A stretch of DNA of 64,000 bases, taken from Marsupella aquatica. Taxonomy: Eukaryota > Plantae > Marchantiophyta. A model generated the notes under the pieces. It saw nothing but the letters and a program-made list of their open reading frames with translations. It ran no database searches and was not told the origin of the DNA. Made by a program: the position numbers and the translations under genes. The DNA lies in NCBI GenBank assembly GCA_973895155.1, contig OZ316892.1:25009233-25073232 (forward strand), written 5' to 3'. Positions 50,328 through 61,787 of the stretch are shown one piece after another (the stretch's first letter is position 1; each line of letters opens with the position of its first letter).

Positions 50328-50392
50328 CTGACCCCATAGGAATCTGGAGATGTTTGTATTTTAGTAAGTAGTGTTAGTTCAGCTCTAGTTAA

Positions 50393-51205
50393 GGGGGGTC
50401 CTTTCCAAAATTCCTGGCGTCACATCATCATGGCACGTTGTAAACAGGAAGAGACTTGTTTTTGGATATAATTAATTTCTGCATTCGTGTTTGTGGCAAC
50501 TTTGCTATAAAATTGGGACTCCATGCCGTAAGTAAAAAAGAATGTAAAAAAATTGACATGCAAATCAAAAGACAAAATGATTGAGGTAAAACTGCTCCCA
50601 GTAACAGTTTTATTTATATTTTGATTTTATTCAAAACATAAAATTTTCCCGGAAGTAATTTTTCATTTGACATTGTTGAGTCAAATCATAATGAAAACTC
50701 ATGTATAATATGACTTTGGAAAGAAATTGAAGAGATGGTCGTAATGAGCTCAGCATTGTCACCATTCAATAAGAATTGAGTAAGTAATTTGAAAAATAGA
50801 TTTTACCCGTGATTTCATAATATCTAACGTGAATAGAAATCTTTGTTGTAAACCCCTTCCATGAGAATGAACCTACAATTGACATATTTTATCGAGTAAT
50901 AAAGAGATTATGAATTTTAAAAATTCTTTAGCTTTTTAATGAATATTGATAGATTTAGTTGAGTTTTGAGAAGATTATAAGTTTCCAATGTTCTCTAGCT
51001 TTCCAATGAGTGTGACAATAGTTCATACTGCAACTGATTTTGTGATTGATGTTAATTATGGTTGTCTTGGTAAGCTTGGCAACTGTTTCAAGTGTCAATA
51101 AACATTGACTTGTCCATTTTTGAATTTTTTTTCTTTAGAATTGGAGGTCCATTTAGGCTTCAGTTTCTAGATAACTACCTCTAAAATAACATGGGGGTCC
51201 ACTAA
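50393..51205 (-). repeat. AT-rich dispersed repeat, copy 2, inverted relative to 32785-33958 and lacking ~300 internal bp
   Basis: Reverse-complement match to copy 1, with a deletion junction near 51016. Confidence 0.85.
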
Positions 51206-53348
51206 TTAATTATGAGGGGCTCTTATTGCCCATAATGCTATGGTGACCGGACCTTAATAGACTTAAAGGCCCTAGAGATTTTTACTTTTACTAATTCAAA
51301 ATTAAAGGAGAATTCTTAGTGAGTTGATTTTGCTCAAAATTACCAAGAGAAAAATCATGAAGGGCGTTAAGTTGTGTAAAGGGAGGGAGAGTGGCAATCC
51401 GGCAAACCCTCATAGAATTTTGACACGTGGAAACCTACAAAGTAATTATTAGGGAGCAAACTATGTACAGTCTACCTTGTCTAAGTGCAGACTCCTGGGG
51501 AGACTCTCAAAGCCTGCACTTATTCATGGTATGCAGTAATTCGTTATAAGTGCATGCGATATCATGTATGCAATTGTCCATATGTGCATGGTTGCATTAC
51601 CCCATAACTGCATGGGAAACTGCTGATTCATTTTCTCACCTGTGTTGTCAAATTGCTTATTCATTTTCTCACTTGTGCTGTCAGGTCACATACATCAGAC
51701 TAACTCCTCATACCCCAAGCCCTCATGTCTTATGGGGGACTAGGTTGCAGGCTCTAGGGAACATCTCATAATCCCTCATAGACTTATAGGGGCACCTGCG
51801 ATACTAAGGTGCTTTTTGGGCAAGCCTGGGCTCATGAGAGGACTCTCCAGTGCACTTCAATCCTTGCCCAAAATTTATGTTAGTAAATTAGGTGCTCTTC
51901 ATTAGAGCAACAGGAAGCCCCCCTTGCCGGTCCATTATGATGTTTATTTTTTCTAACCATGAGATGAGCTAAAGGTGCCATTGTGTACCTTTTGCTCGCC
52001 CAGTCTCCTGGTAGCCGGTGCCATTGTGCACATTTTGCACGCCCACTCTCCTGGTAGCTAGCACACTTTAGTTGCTGGACAGACTTGCCAACCTCCAGCT
52101 TCGGACTGCTTAGCCTAATTATGCTCAACAACCATTCCACGCAACATCATTACAGGCAATTCTGTGCAAGAGACATGCATTGGGCTAGTGAAAATTAACA
52201 TTTGATAGTCCATGCAAGTGTGATTCCATCCAAGTATACTGTCAAAAATTGCTCCGAAATATACATGTAGAAAATGGCAGCTCTTCCCTACTTCGGCTTG
52301 ACCTTGGGTGTCCAAAGTCCAGTCATTCGTCTTTGGATCTCACAAAAAAACTTCCATACACTCTTCCCGGATACTACGTAATAAGGACATTCTTCGTCTC
52401 TAATTGTTCCATTGAGGCTGAAGCTCTCATGGAGTTATTTAGAGCCCGACCTGGGCGGGATGGCAGGATAGATGCTGTCACCACAAATTTGAGGGTTTAA
52501 AATTGTTCTCATGCTCCTGGCGACCAGCTTGATTTCTACTATGATCAAGGCCCACACCTCTGCTAATTCAGATGATTCAATTCATTCATTTCAGCCTCCG
52601 ATTCTAGCTCTTTGACGGGAGAGGTCACCTTTCTAGTCAAGCTGAATTAAGGTGAGTGTTAATGTAGTTTCAAGCATAGGGGCAACCTGTTAAAAAAAAT
52701 TCTTAAATGAGCAGGCCACTAGACGGTGAAATAATCTGCAAACAAATGACAAAACAATTTAATCACGAAGAAAGTCCAGTCCAGACTAGTGACAGAATTT
52801 GTGCCCCTCAAGTTGTGTTGGCCCGATCCTTAAACTGATGTCTTATACTGTACCGTTGGACTAACCGGGATTTGACAGTAAGTAGGACTCACCACAACCA
52901 CTTCGCATTTACATAGTGGCAGCTCTTTTGTACAATTCCCACGTTTACACATGCAGTGATGTATTCTACATAGTTTCTCTAAATAGTGTGCAAAAGATCT
53001 TCTCTAAATAGTGTGCAAAAGATTGAAATGAATTGAGAATAAAAACAGAACTCAACAAGGGGCGAAGAACAGAATGTACACGCAGGTAGAGAGCTTGCCA
53101 GAAGTAATAGAAAAGAAGACTGGCATTAGGACAACGCAAAATAATAGTGAATTGAGGGCTTGCAGACTGTCTACATAATTTGTTCTCTCTTTCGCAATGC
53201 CCTTATGACCTTAGCCTCGCAGCCTGATTCCCGTGGGCAACAATGTTTTTCCGTAGAAAAATGCGGCTGACTGAAGAGTGGACGATGCCACGTACAAATA
53301 AATGCTTGCCACGGGGTGAGAGACCATGAGAGCAAAGGCAATACACAA

Positions 53349-54905
53349 TCAACTTTTCCTCACTGATGAGTCAAGATATCCTTCCGTCCTTACTGCAGAG
53401 CACACTCTTCTCATTGTCCTGTAAACCAGGGCTGCTCCATGTGTGGAACCTGCTGTGACGCACATCACATGAGGAAAACTTGGTTGTGTATTACCATTGC
53501 TCTCAACATCTTCAAAACTAACCAAAATTGGGGTCGTCTGTGTATCCTGGAGACTTGGAACCCCCAGTTGACTGTCACGATTTTTCCCCCATGTATAGAG
53601 CTCTCCAGACTCAGTGACAGCAGCAGTCCATGAACTACCACAAGATATTGAAATAACTCTCTGATTAGCCAAAGCCTCAACAACACTTGGAACTCTCCCA
53701 CTTTGAAGCGAGCCATGACCCAGCTGACCATGGCCTCCGTGACCCCATGTAAGCATTTTTCCATCATCAGTCAGGGCAGCAGCATGATAACCACCACATG
53801 CCACTTGAATAATACGAGTTGTCTCAATTTCTGGAATTGGTTTTGGTCTCCAATCATCTCGCCGATTTCCTCTCCCAAGCTCAAAATTACTGTTCCCTCC
53901 CCAGGTCCATAATTGTCCCTCAGGAGTTAACGCCATAGTGCAAAAGCCACCACATGCAACAGCCGCTACAGGTGTGAACAAGGCGTCCACCTTGATTGGT
54001 AGCGGTTCTGCTCCTTCATCTGCACCACCTCCTGCTCCATGTCCCAACCTACCCTCCCCCTCATCCCTCCCCCATGTGTATAATTCACCAGTACTGGAAA
54101 TAGCCGCTGTGTGAGATCCTCCAACAGACACACTCTTGACATTCTCCATCCATTCTTCACCATATAATTTCTTTGGTAAGGTTTGCTTGGAGTAGTTGCC
54201 GTGACCTAAAGCACCAAAACCCCCAAACCCCCAGGTGTACAGATTTCCTCCAGATATTGCAGCTGAATGCAGACCGCCAAGTGACACACAGGTAACATCC
54301 CTCAAGCTGGATACATGCGTTGGATTGTACTCTGGCTCTTCTGACCCCAACCCTAGCCTGCCTCCAGCTCCCTTGCCCCAAAGCCAAAGCTGCCCATCCA
54401 TCCACAAACCAGAGTGAAAAAGCCCACATGCAATCCCCACTCCTTCCCCTATCCCTGCACGTGATGATAAATTCGCCGGTCTCAAACAAGGCTTGGATCC
54501 ACACAGCACACTCTGTCCTTCTTCATTTCCTCTGTTCTTCTGAAATTTGACGTCTTGCAATAAATGCGAATTCTCCACAGGTTGGACTGTGGATCGGAGT
54601 ACTGCTGCATATTGGTTCAAGAGCCCTTCAACTGGAGCAACAGCAGAAGACAATGGAAGCCGCAGGGATTTCACAGGAGAAGGAGATCTTCGTGTCTCTT
54701 CATCGCCTAAACCTAATTGACCAAGTTCACCTTTCCCCCAAGTCCAGAGCTCCATTGTCCCGGGAGAAACCTCGTCTGCGGGGCCGGAGCTGGTACAGCA
54801 CGTATTGACTGCTAGACATCTTGGGGGCAATTTGGCCGCTATTCCGCTCCAGAGTTGTTGTTGGGGTATCCTCGCCAGAGAGAGCACGTAAATCAACTTC
54901 CTCAT
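53349..54905 (-). CDS. RUG3: RCC1/UVR8-like repeat protein, RUG3-like (probably organelle-targeted), 518 aa, single exon
   Basis: Multiple RCC1 repeats (WGKGELGQLG, IACGLFHSG...WGKGAGGRLG, WGFGGFGALGHG, WGRDEGEGRLG, WGGNSNFELGRG, WGHGGHGQLGHG, QLGVP) closely follow the Arabidopsis RUG3 sequence as I recall it. The N-terminus is Arg/Leu-rich and transit-peptide-like. The symbol is less certain than the family call. Confidence 0.85.
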   Translation of the reverse strand: MRKLIYVLSLARIPQQQLWSGIAAKLPPRCLAVNTCCTSSGPADEVSPGTMELWTWGKGELGQLGLGDEETRRSPSPVKSLRLPLSSAVAPVEGLLNQYAAVLRSTVQPVENSHLLQDVKFQKNRGNEEGQSVLCGSKPCLRPANLSSRAGIGEGVGIACGLFHSGLWMDGQLWLWGKGAGGRLGLGSEEPEYNPTHVSSLRDVTCVSLGGLHSAAISGGNLYTWGFGGFGALGHGNYSKQTLPKKLYGEEWMENVKSVSVGGSHTAAISSTGELYTWGRDEGEGRLGHGAGGGADEGAEPLPIKVDALFTPVAAVACGGFCTMALTPEGQLWTWGGNSNFELGRGNRRDDWRPKPIPEIETTRIIQVACGGYHAAALTDDGKMLTWGHGGHGQLGHGSLQSGRVPSVVEALANQRVISISCGSSWTAAVTESGELYTWGKNRDSQLGVPSLQDTQTTPILVSFEDVESNGNTQPSFPHVMCVTAGSTHGAALVYRTMRRVCSAVRTEGYLDSSVRKS

Positions 54906-57364
54906 TCCTGGTCTCTCCTTGCAGGTTTTTCCAGCACCCCAAAGCGTTGTGGTAACTCACTTAAATCTCTCCAATTCCCACCGCAGGAGAGCAGCTCTTC
55001 CCGAGCTGCTTCGACGGAGGGCTTCAGAGGTGACGGATCAAAATGCTGCATCGCAGAAATGTGCAAGCATCGGTAATCGTCGATTCCATATGGATCTTAT
55101 AAATGTCAGCCTCCCCTGTTTTGTAACAAAGAATGCGATTGCTTACTACAGCACTGAGAACTGCTGAAATCTCTTTAGTCTTTCTTTCACTACACTAGTT
55201 TGTTTGAGAGCTCCACAACATCAACGTCGTCTACGGAAATCTCTTTCTGTTAGTTTTTCGTCTTAAGAATATCGTTGAAATATATTAAACCATCATCGTC
55301 AGGTCTGGGAAATTTATGCTCCAATGAACCGAGCCCCTGAACCATGGAACCCCATGACGTGACACCTTTTACACCTTCATTCATTGACACCCTTGTTTCC
55401 AAAAACTTTCATTCATTGACACCCTTCTGGTGTCAGACAAGTTTTCAAGAGTATCACCTTCAATAGACCTCTCCATAAACTCATGAATTTCTCATGTGTA
55501 AGTGCTTCTTTTGCAAAACTTTGAGTGGCCTGTTTGTATCAATCTGGTTGCCATAAGGTTTCATGTAAATGTTTAGTTTCGTGTGCTTGTTTTGTCATGT
55601 CCCGCCACCTTCTGTAAATAAAGAGTCACCAATCATGCCTTGTTAAGCAAATTTGTGGATGGGTTCTGTTTTTTCCAGAAATTTTGAAAAAAAATATGTG
55701 TTTTTGCGAAAGACTAATTTTTCAGTTTTAGGCAGCAGTTTTGATCACTTAAAAAGCTCCATTGATGAGTGACTAACAAGGGCAAGCTCAGTGGACAGAT
55801 ACCTGATGTGCTTAACAACCCCCTTCTTTAAACCAACACTGACTTCTTCAAAGGAGGTCAAATGCCAAAAGATGGTCGAATGACCATTTTCCCCCCAAAC
55901 ACCGCACCATACTCGCATGTGGTGGGTGGGGGGAAGTACTGCTGTGGAAGGTGGGAGGGTGCGGATTGAGTGGTTTAGGGTAAAATTCCTCCTCATTCCT
56001 TGACTCTCTCCCTTTTCCCATCCATGCAGGGGAGGGAAAGGGCCAGGATCCAGGAGAATTAAGTCCTCCTCGACCCGCGCTCTCACTCTCCCCAATTTCT
56101 CATCCATGTGTCTCCCCTTTCCCCTTTCTCCTCTATCCCTGCTCCCTCCCCATTTTCACCCTTTGTTGGGCCTCTGCATTTCATTTTGTTTCTCAGTCTT
56201 TCCTTGGCACAGCAAACATATTTCATAAGAAGGCCACAGCAAAGAGTGGCATGACTGTTTCTTCTAGTTTTTAATTGTATCTCTTTTTCACTCTAAAATG
56301 TACTTACTTTTCAACAATCACATTTTTCAATGTTACTAATAAATCTCAAATAGAAGCTAGAGTTGGGGTCTAGGCTTCTAGTGTTAAACTTCTAGACTCT
56401 GACTCTAGAACCCCACCAAAATTCATGTGCATGGAAACAAGGAAAGGATAATGTACCCTCTATGAGGATCATGCATGATTTTATTCATATTCAAATAAGG
56501 GGCATAAAGGCTCGTACTCCTCCATACGATTCAACAATCACCTTTTCAATATTCTTTAATACGGCAGGATAACTTCTTTTGTAAGTTAAAGTAATGTTGT
56601 CTTGTAATGGTCCAGCTATATTATACGGAAAGCCACGCAAGCAGCAACCATTCTTGAAAACCAAGGGAAAGGCTCCCTTCACTGCTGCACATGCACCCAA
56701 GCATGTCAAAGACGGTCGTCCGAATCTTCCCTTGCAGCTTCCAAAACCAACTGGAGTAATCATCATCGACGGCCAAATGGCCTCAAATCTAATTCCACCA
56801 CCACCACAGGCGTTGATTTTCACTTTCAGCTAACTGCCAGGGAGGATCAGGTCCCAGTTCGCCAGTTGTCGGATGAGGCTGGCACTGGGCCCCGAATACC
56901 CAGATAACGGGAGCCAAACAGCTCACCGTTACTCACAACTGATGTCCACCTACTTGTATCGCCAGACCGTTGTTTTCACCTGAACCAGCTCAGGTGATGA
57001 GAACAGAGTGGATGAAAACGGAGTCACGAAACCCATGATTCTCACGATGTACAGTATAAATTGCCAGTGAAGTTGTTCGAGTTGTACAATGCTATCTAAC
57101 GACTTACTTGCGAGGCCTTACGAGCTGGGCTGATGAGTACAGAGGAAACTGGCTGGACTCAATCTTTCTGCAATTAGAATTCCGCAAGCTATACGAAAAG
57201 CATCAGGACAAATCCAAAGTCGTTGGGCTATTTGAGTTCTACAAATTACAGGTAGTTGACGGCATTCTGCAAAATCAAGCCTCAATTGTACAATTCTTAC
57301 TCGAAGAGACGGCGTTGGCTCGATCACTTGCTGAGCTTGTTCTGCTAGCGAATTTCATTAGAGG

Positions 57365-60300
57365 ATGGAGTGCAGAGCAATCTGTGGGTCGTTTCTTGGA
57401 AGGATGTCAAGAGCCCTCAATTGTGAGCTGGATTCGCAGCTGCATAATAATACAACTCCCTCAGTGAAGCAAGGATTGTCGGTGAAGAAGGAACCCGTGC
57501 AAGTGCGAGCTGTGGCAACTGACAGCAGCCCTGCAGGTGTGGGGAGGCGAGCTCGGCGTGAACAGAATGTCGTGGGCGAGTTCTTTGTGGGTAGGTGTAG
57601 ATGTCATTGAGCAATTGGTCTATTGTTCGAGTCTTAAGTTTCTGAATTGCTTTGATGTTTAGGCTGATGTTTGCTCTAAGTGTCCGATTGTGCTTCCTCA
57701 AAATGGTAATCATCCGGGCTTGTAATTTGACTGATTTTTGGATTAGTGATCATTTCTCCGCCTATTGAAGCAATGGTAGAACTCTGAAGTTCTTGAATTT
57801 TTTGGCTACTATATGACCTGTCGTCCTAAACGCAATATTCATATTGCCGGTTTATTCTCCTGCTGTTGCATATTTTCACTTATCAACAAACGTGAATAAT
57901 TTGTAATGAAGAGAACCTTTTTCTTCGAAGGGCTCAGGGTGGTAAATCCGAGTTGTCAAGTGTGAGGGACAGTTGGTCAACGTTCTTGACAGGCCCAATT
58001 GATTGGAGTTGGGCTTCTGCATTTTTCTCCTGGGGTCCACCTGCTTTTCTGTTTGGTGAAAGTTATTTTAGACGCAGATTGCGTAGTTTGTGAATAGTTT
58101 GGGATATAGCTCTATGCAACGTTGAACATACATGTTTCCATTTCCTTAGGGGGACTGTCATCGTAAGGGGTATCTCTGGCCACATATCTTGCCTTGCTTC
58201 ATGTGTCCTCAATGCCCTCGCTGTTACTGTCCCATTCGTGTGATTTATCTTGAAATAACTCTTATTCGTAAGTTCTGCGGACTATTTCGAGGATGAGTTT
58301 CTCTGCTTCCACCCACTAGATTCAACTATCTGACGACGGATCGCCGTAGCTGGCCATGTCATTGAGTACAAAGTGGCGGGACAGCCTCAAATGGACAATA
58401 ATTGGTGTCTGGTCGCAAAAGAATTTTACTGCGGAGGCAAACTTTTTGACATCCTTATACATGGAATGGAAAATCGAAATCATTCCAAATCGAAATCATT
58501 CTGGAGCATAGATTTGATAATTTTCTCCATGAATTCCATGACTCAATTGTTCATCATAACGGCTTGTGCAGACCGGACGTGCATTGATTGCGATACTTGT
58601 CGGTGGATGGCCCCTGTAAGTACTTATTGATACTCTTGTCATCCAACTCTTGTCATCCAATATAGACCGTTTTCTAGGCATTCCCCTCTTTGAATTAGCA
58701 TGTGCGCTCTGCCTCGCTCTCGCTGATGGACTTACCTAAATATTCGAATCAAGTTCCAACGTTAATGTCTGAGAAAACGTTGATGTTGTGCAGACTGTGT
58801 TTTCTCGAATAGGTGGTCAATCTGCAGTTCACCACCAACCCTCGTCCGGAGATGAGAGGCTAGAAGCATTGCAGGTGGGTGTGAATAGAAAATATTAGTT
58901 GTTGTGAAGATTTGGCAATGTTATAAGTTCGCCACGATTGCTGTTGTACATGTCAAACTGCTCGTCCAGTGTCGAATTCTCAGACCTATCAGGTTGGCGC
59001 AAAAAATATATGGTCTTTAGGAGAGAGCCTTGTTGAGAGGGATATGCAATAGTTTATAAATTTTGTTCCCTGAAGGTAGAAACGCAGTTGAGTTTGTTTA
59101 TGAAGAAACCATTTCTGCATAAAATTTGTGCTATGCATTTGTTGAGATTTGAGTAGGGCAGTCAAGTCTATCAAAGACTTCGATCGATACACTTAACAGT
59201 CAATTGCTTCCGTGGAATTTCAGGCTTTGCTAGCATGTCCTACAGCCTCAATTCGTACAGTTCATCCTCCAAAGGATATCATCGAAGCTCAAAACTCTTT
59301 TCCTTTACCTATTGACACTGCTCTACCTGTAAGTGGTCAACTTACTCTAGCATATCGAACTGAGTTACTGATGTTGAAAAAATAGCCTACACTAGTGTTT
59401 TGGTGTTCTCAACGACCATCTTTGAGATTTCGGGTATTGGCCTGACGTATCGTAGATACTGGGGGTGATTTCGCATCTTCAAAGCTACTCGGGAATAATG
59501 ATTTATTCGTGGGTCTTTGCTTCCGTTGTGGGCAGGCCCTATTCTTTTCGCACTAAATGTTTGGTATTTATGCACCGAAGTGGTTTATGGAGGACTCTTT
59601 ATCACATTTTTGCAGGGAGTATATCATTGCGGATACCACTCAGAGAAGTCATTTGCTGCAACGTCATACTTTATTACAAGGCCTGAGGGGAACATTTTGG
59701 TGGACAGGTGCATCACCTTGCGTTCTTTTATTGTTGGCACAGAATAAATATGGTCTTTCACGGTTTTTTAGTGTGGCCAGATTTTGTACGAGTTTAATTA
59801 AAAATGGTAGGCTTACTTGTTTTCGGCTTGTTGGGAGTGGCTGCAAGTTTAATTTGTAAAAAGGGTCTGCACCTCCGGGAAATTTGTGGTGACCTGATGT
59901 TGCTTGATACATGGGTGTACCAATTTACATTAACCCAGAATCGCTTCTAGACGAACTGTAAATTTAAAAAATGCTTGCTGCAAGTTTAATTTGTAAAAAG
60001 GGTCTGCACCTCCGGGAAATTTGTGGTGACCTGATGTTGCTTGATACATGGGTGTACCAATTTACATTAACCCAGAATCGCTTCTAGACGAACTGTAAAT
60101 TTAAAAAATGCTTCACTAATAAGTGTCTTTCTTGGTTGGAGATATTGCAGCCCGCGGTTTTCAGAGCGGTTAGCAAAACGATTAGATGAGCTGGGTGGTG
60201 TACGATACATGTTTCTGACACACAAGTAAGTCAGTTCACTTTCTTGGATTTGATTGAAAGTATGATGTTGCCAAGAATGATCACTGAGCTAGATTTGTTG

Positions 60301-61787
60301 GATGGCTACTCAGAGATGATGTGGCTGATCACAAAAAATGGCAAGCTCGTTTCAAATGTGAACGTATCTTACATAAGGATGAGGTGAAATGTCTTACACG
60401 AACCTGCCACAATTGAGATTCGAGGTTCAATTTAGGGCTGTCTACTGTTTACTTTGTTGTTAAATTGGACTGCATTTTTCTACTGAACACCCGTAGATTA
60501 TACTGCTGTGGTGCCCACTTGCATCCTCTGTAATGGGAATTTGGGTACACGGTTGCAAGTTTATATGAAGTCATATTTGCAAGTGTCCTTAGTTGGTATG
60601 AACTATTGACGAGGTTTCTGATGATCAGCACAGATTGGTGCAAAGTTGCAATTGATAACGTAGTGCATGGTTGGTGTCGGCAGTATTTTTAGTTCCCCCT
60701 AACTTTATACCAATAATGGCCATGACAGGTAACTTCTGGTACAGCAGATGTTGAAGTGACGTTGACAGGAAATGGAAACTGGAATCTTGGATTAGACATT
60801 GACCTGATCTTCACACCTGGCCATACAAAGGTGCTTGACTGCTAAACTCCAGCCTTGCTCTTTCATTCTAGATGGTTAGCATGTTTAGACAGGTTTGTTA
60901 GCGATTGTACAGAGTACAAAAACAAAAATCAAGATTTTGGTTGTGCGTCTGCTATTAAAATAATCCGTAGTAGATGGAACGGAGCATGTTTTGTGTTGTG
61001 TCGTACAGCTTGAGGCAGTTTCAACAGAACTCTGTGCACTTCAACTGAGTATAAACTCACACCACTTTACGTTTAGGCTTAGCAGTGAACTATAATCCAG
61101 AGTAGTCCGGGCATAAGAGAATTGAGTGAAGTATTTCAGCTGCTACTCCTTCATTTCATCGGGCATTTCATTCCATAAAATTCGTCTGGATGTGTTTCCC
61201 TACAGGCTCATGTTGTTCTTTTCCTCAAAGACAAAGGAGTTTTGTTTACCGGTGATCATTTTGACGAGTCTTTCAGGGTCGATAAAGTGCATAACTGGTA
61301 TTCAGGTCAGTTCTTCTCGATATTCATTTCTTCCTTAATTCCTGAGGCTTTGCAGACAATTTGTGATTGAACTCTTCTTTCGGATGATCACGTTTACTCG
61401 TAAGTGGGACTTCACAGAGTTACAGCTAACCTTAGATTTGCAAACCCATGATAATATCTTCTGTTTTTTGCAGTTTCTCAACAAGTAGACAGTTTAGAAG
61501 CTCTCATCCCCTACGACTTTACTTGGATACTTCCAGGTGAGACTCCAGTCAATGTCATTTCGAGTTGAATGTTACAAGACTCATAATCTTCCGCCGGGTT
61601 AATCTTACAAGTCGAACATAACGATCTCATCCCAGAATGTTACTATTGAAGAAACATTGCTGTGTGCTCAGTGCCTGCAATTTATTTGCTTCTTGCAGGC
61701 CATGGACGAAGACATCAGTTTCGATCTGTGCAAGAGAAGAACGATGTCCTGAAAGAACTTGTGGCACGGGAAAGGAGGTCATTGTAA
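57365..61787 (+). CDS. Ferredoxin-like Fe-S domain plus metallo-beta-lactamase-fold hydrolase, 11 exons, probably plastid-targeted
   Basis: Exons approximately 57365-57590, 58571-58614, 58793-58873, 59224-59328, 59616-59707, 60151-60225, 60314-60383, 60729-60830, 61206-61305, 61474-61536 and 61699-61787 splice in frame with GT-AG boundaries. Motifs: GEFFVDRTCIDCDTCRWMAP...ACPTASI, FLTHKDDVADH, TPGHT, LFTGDH and ILPGHGRR. Confidence 0.9.
59840..60113. repeat. Apparently perfect 137-bp tandem duplication in intron 5 of the MBL gene
   Basis: 59840-59976 and 59977-60113 read as identical. Confidence 0.92.

Noticed and set aside
57108-57467. 119-aa ORF overlapping the MBL gene start
   Set aside because: It has a non-ATG start and no domain, and it overlaps the better-supported exon 1 in another frame.
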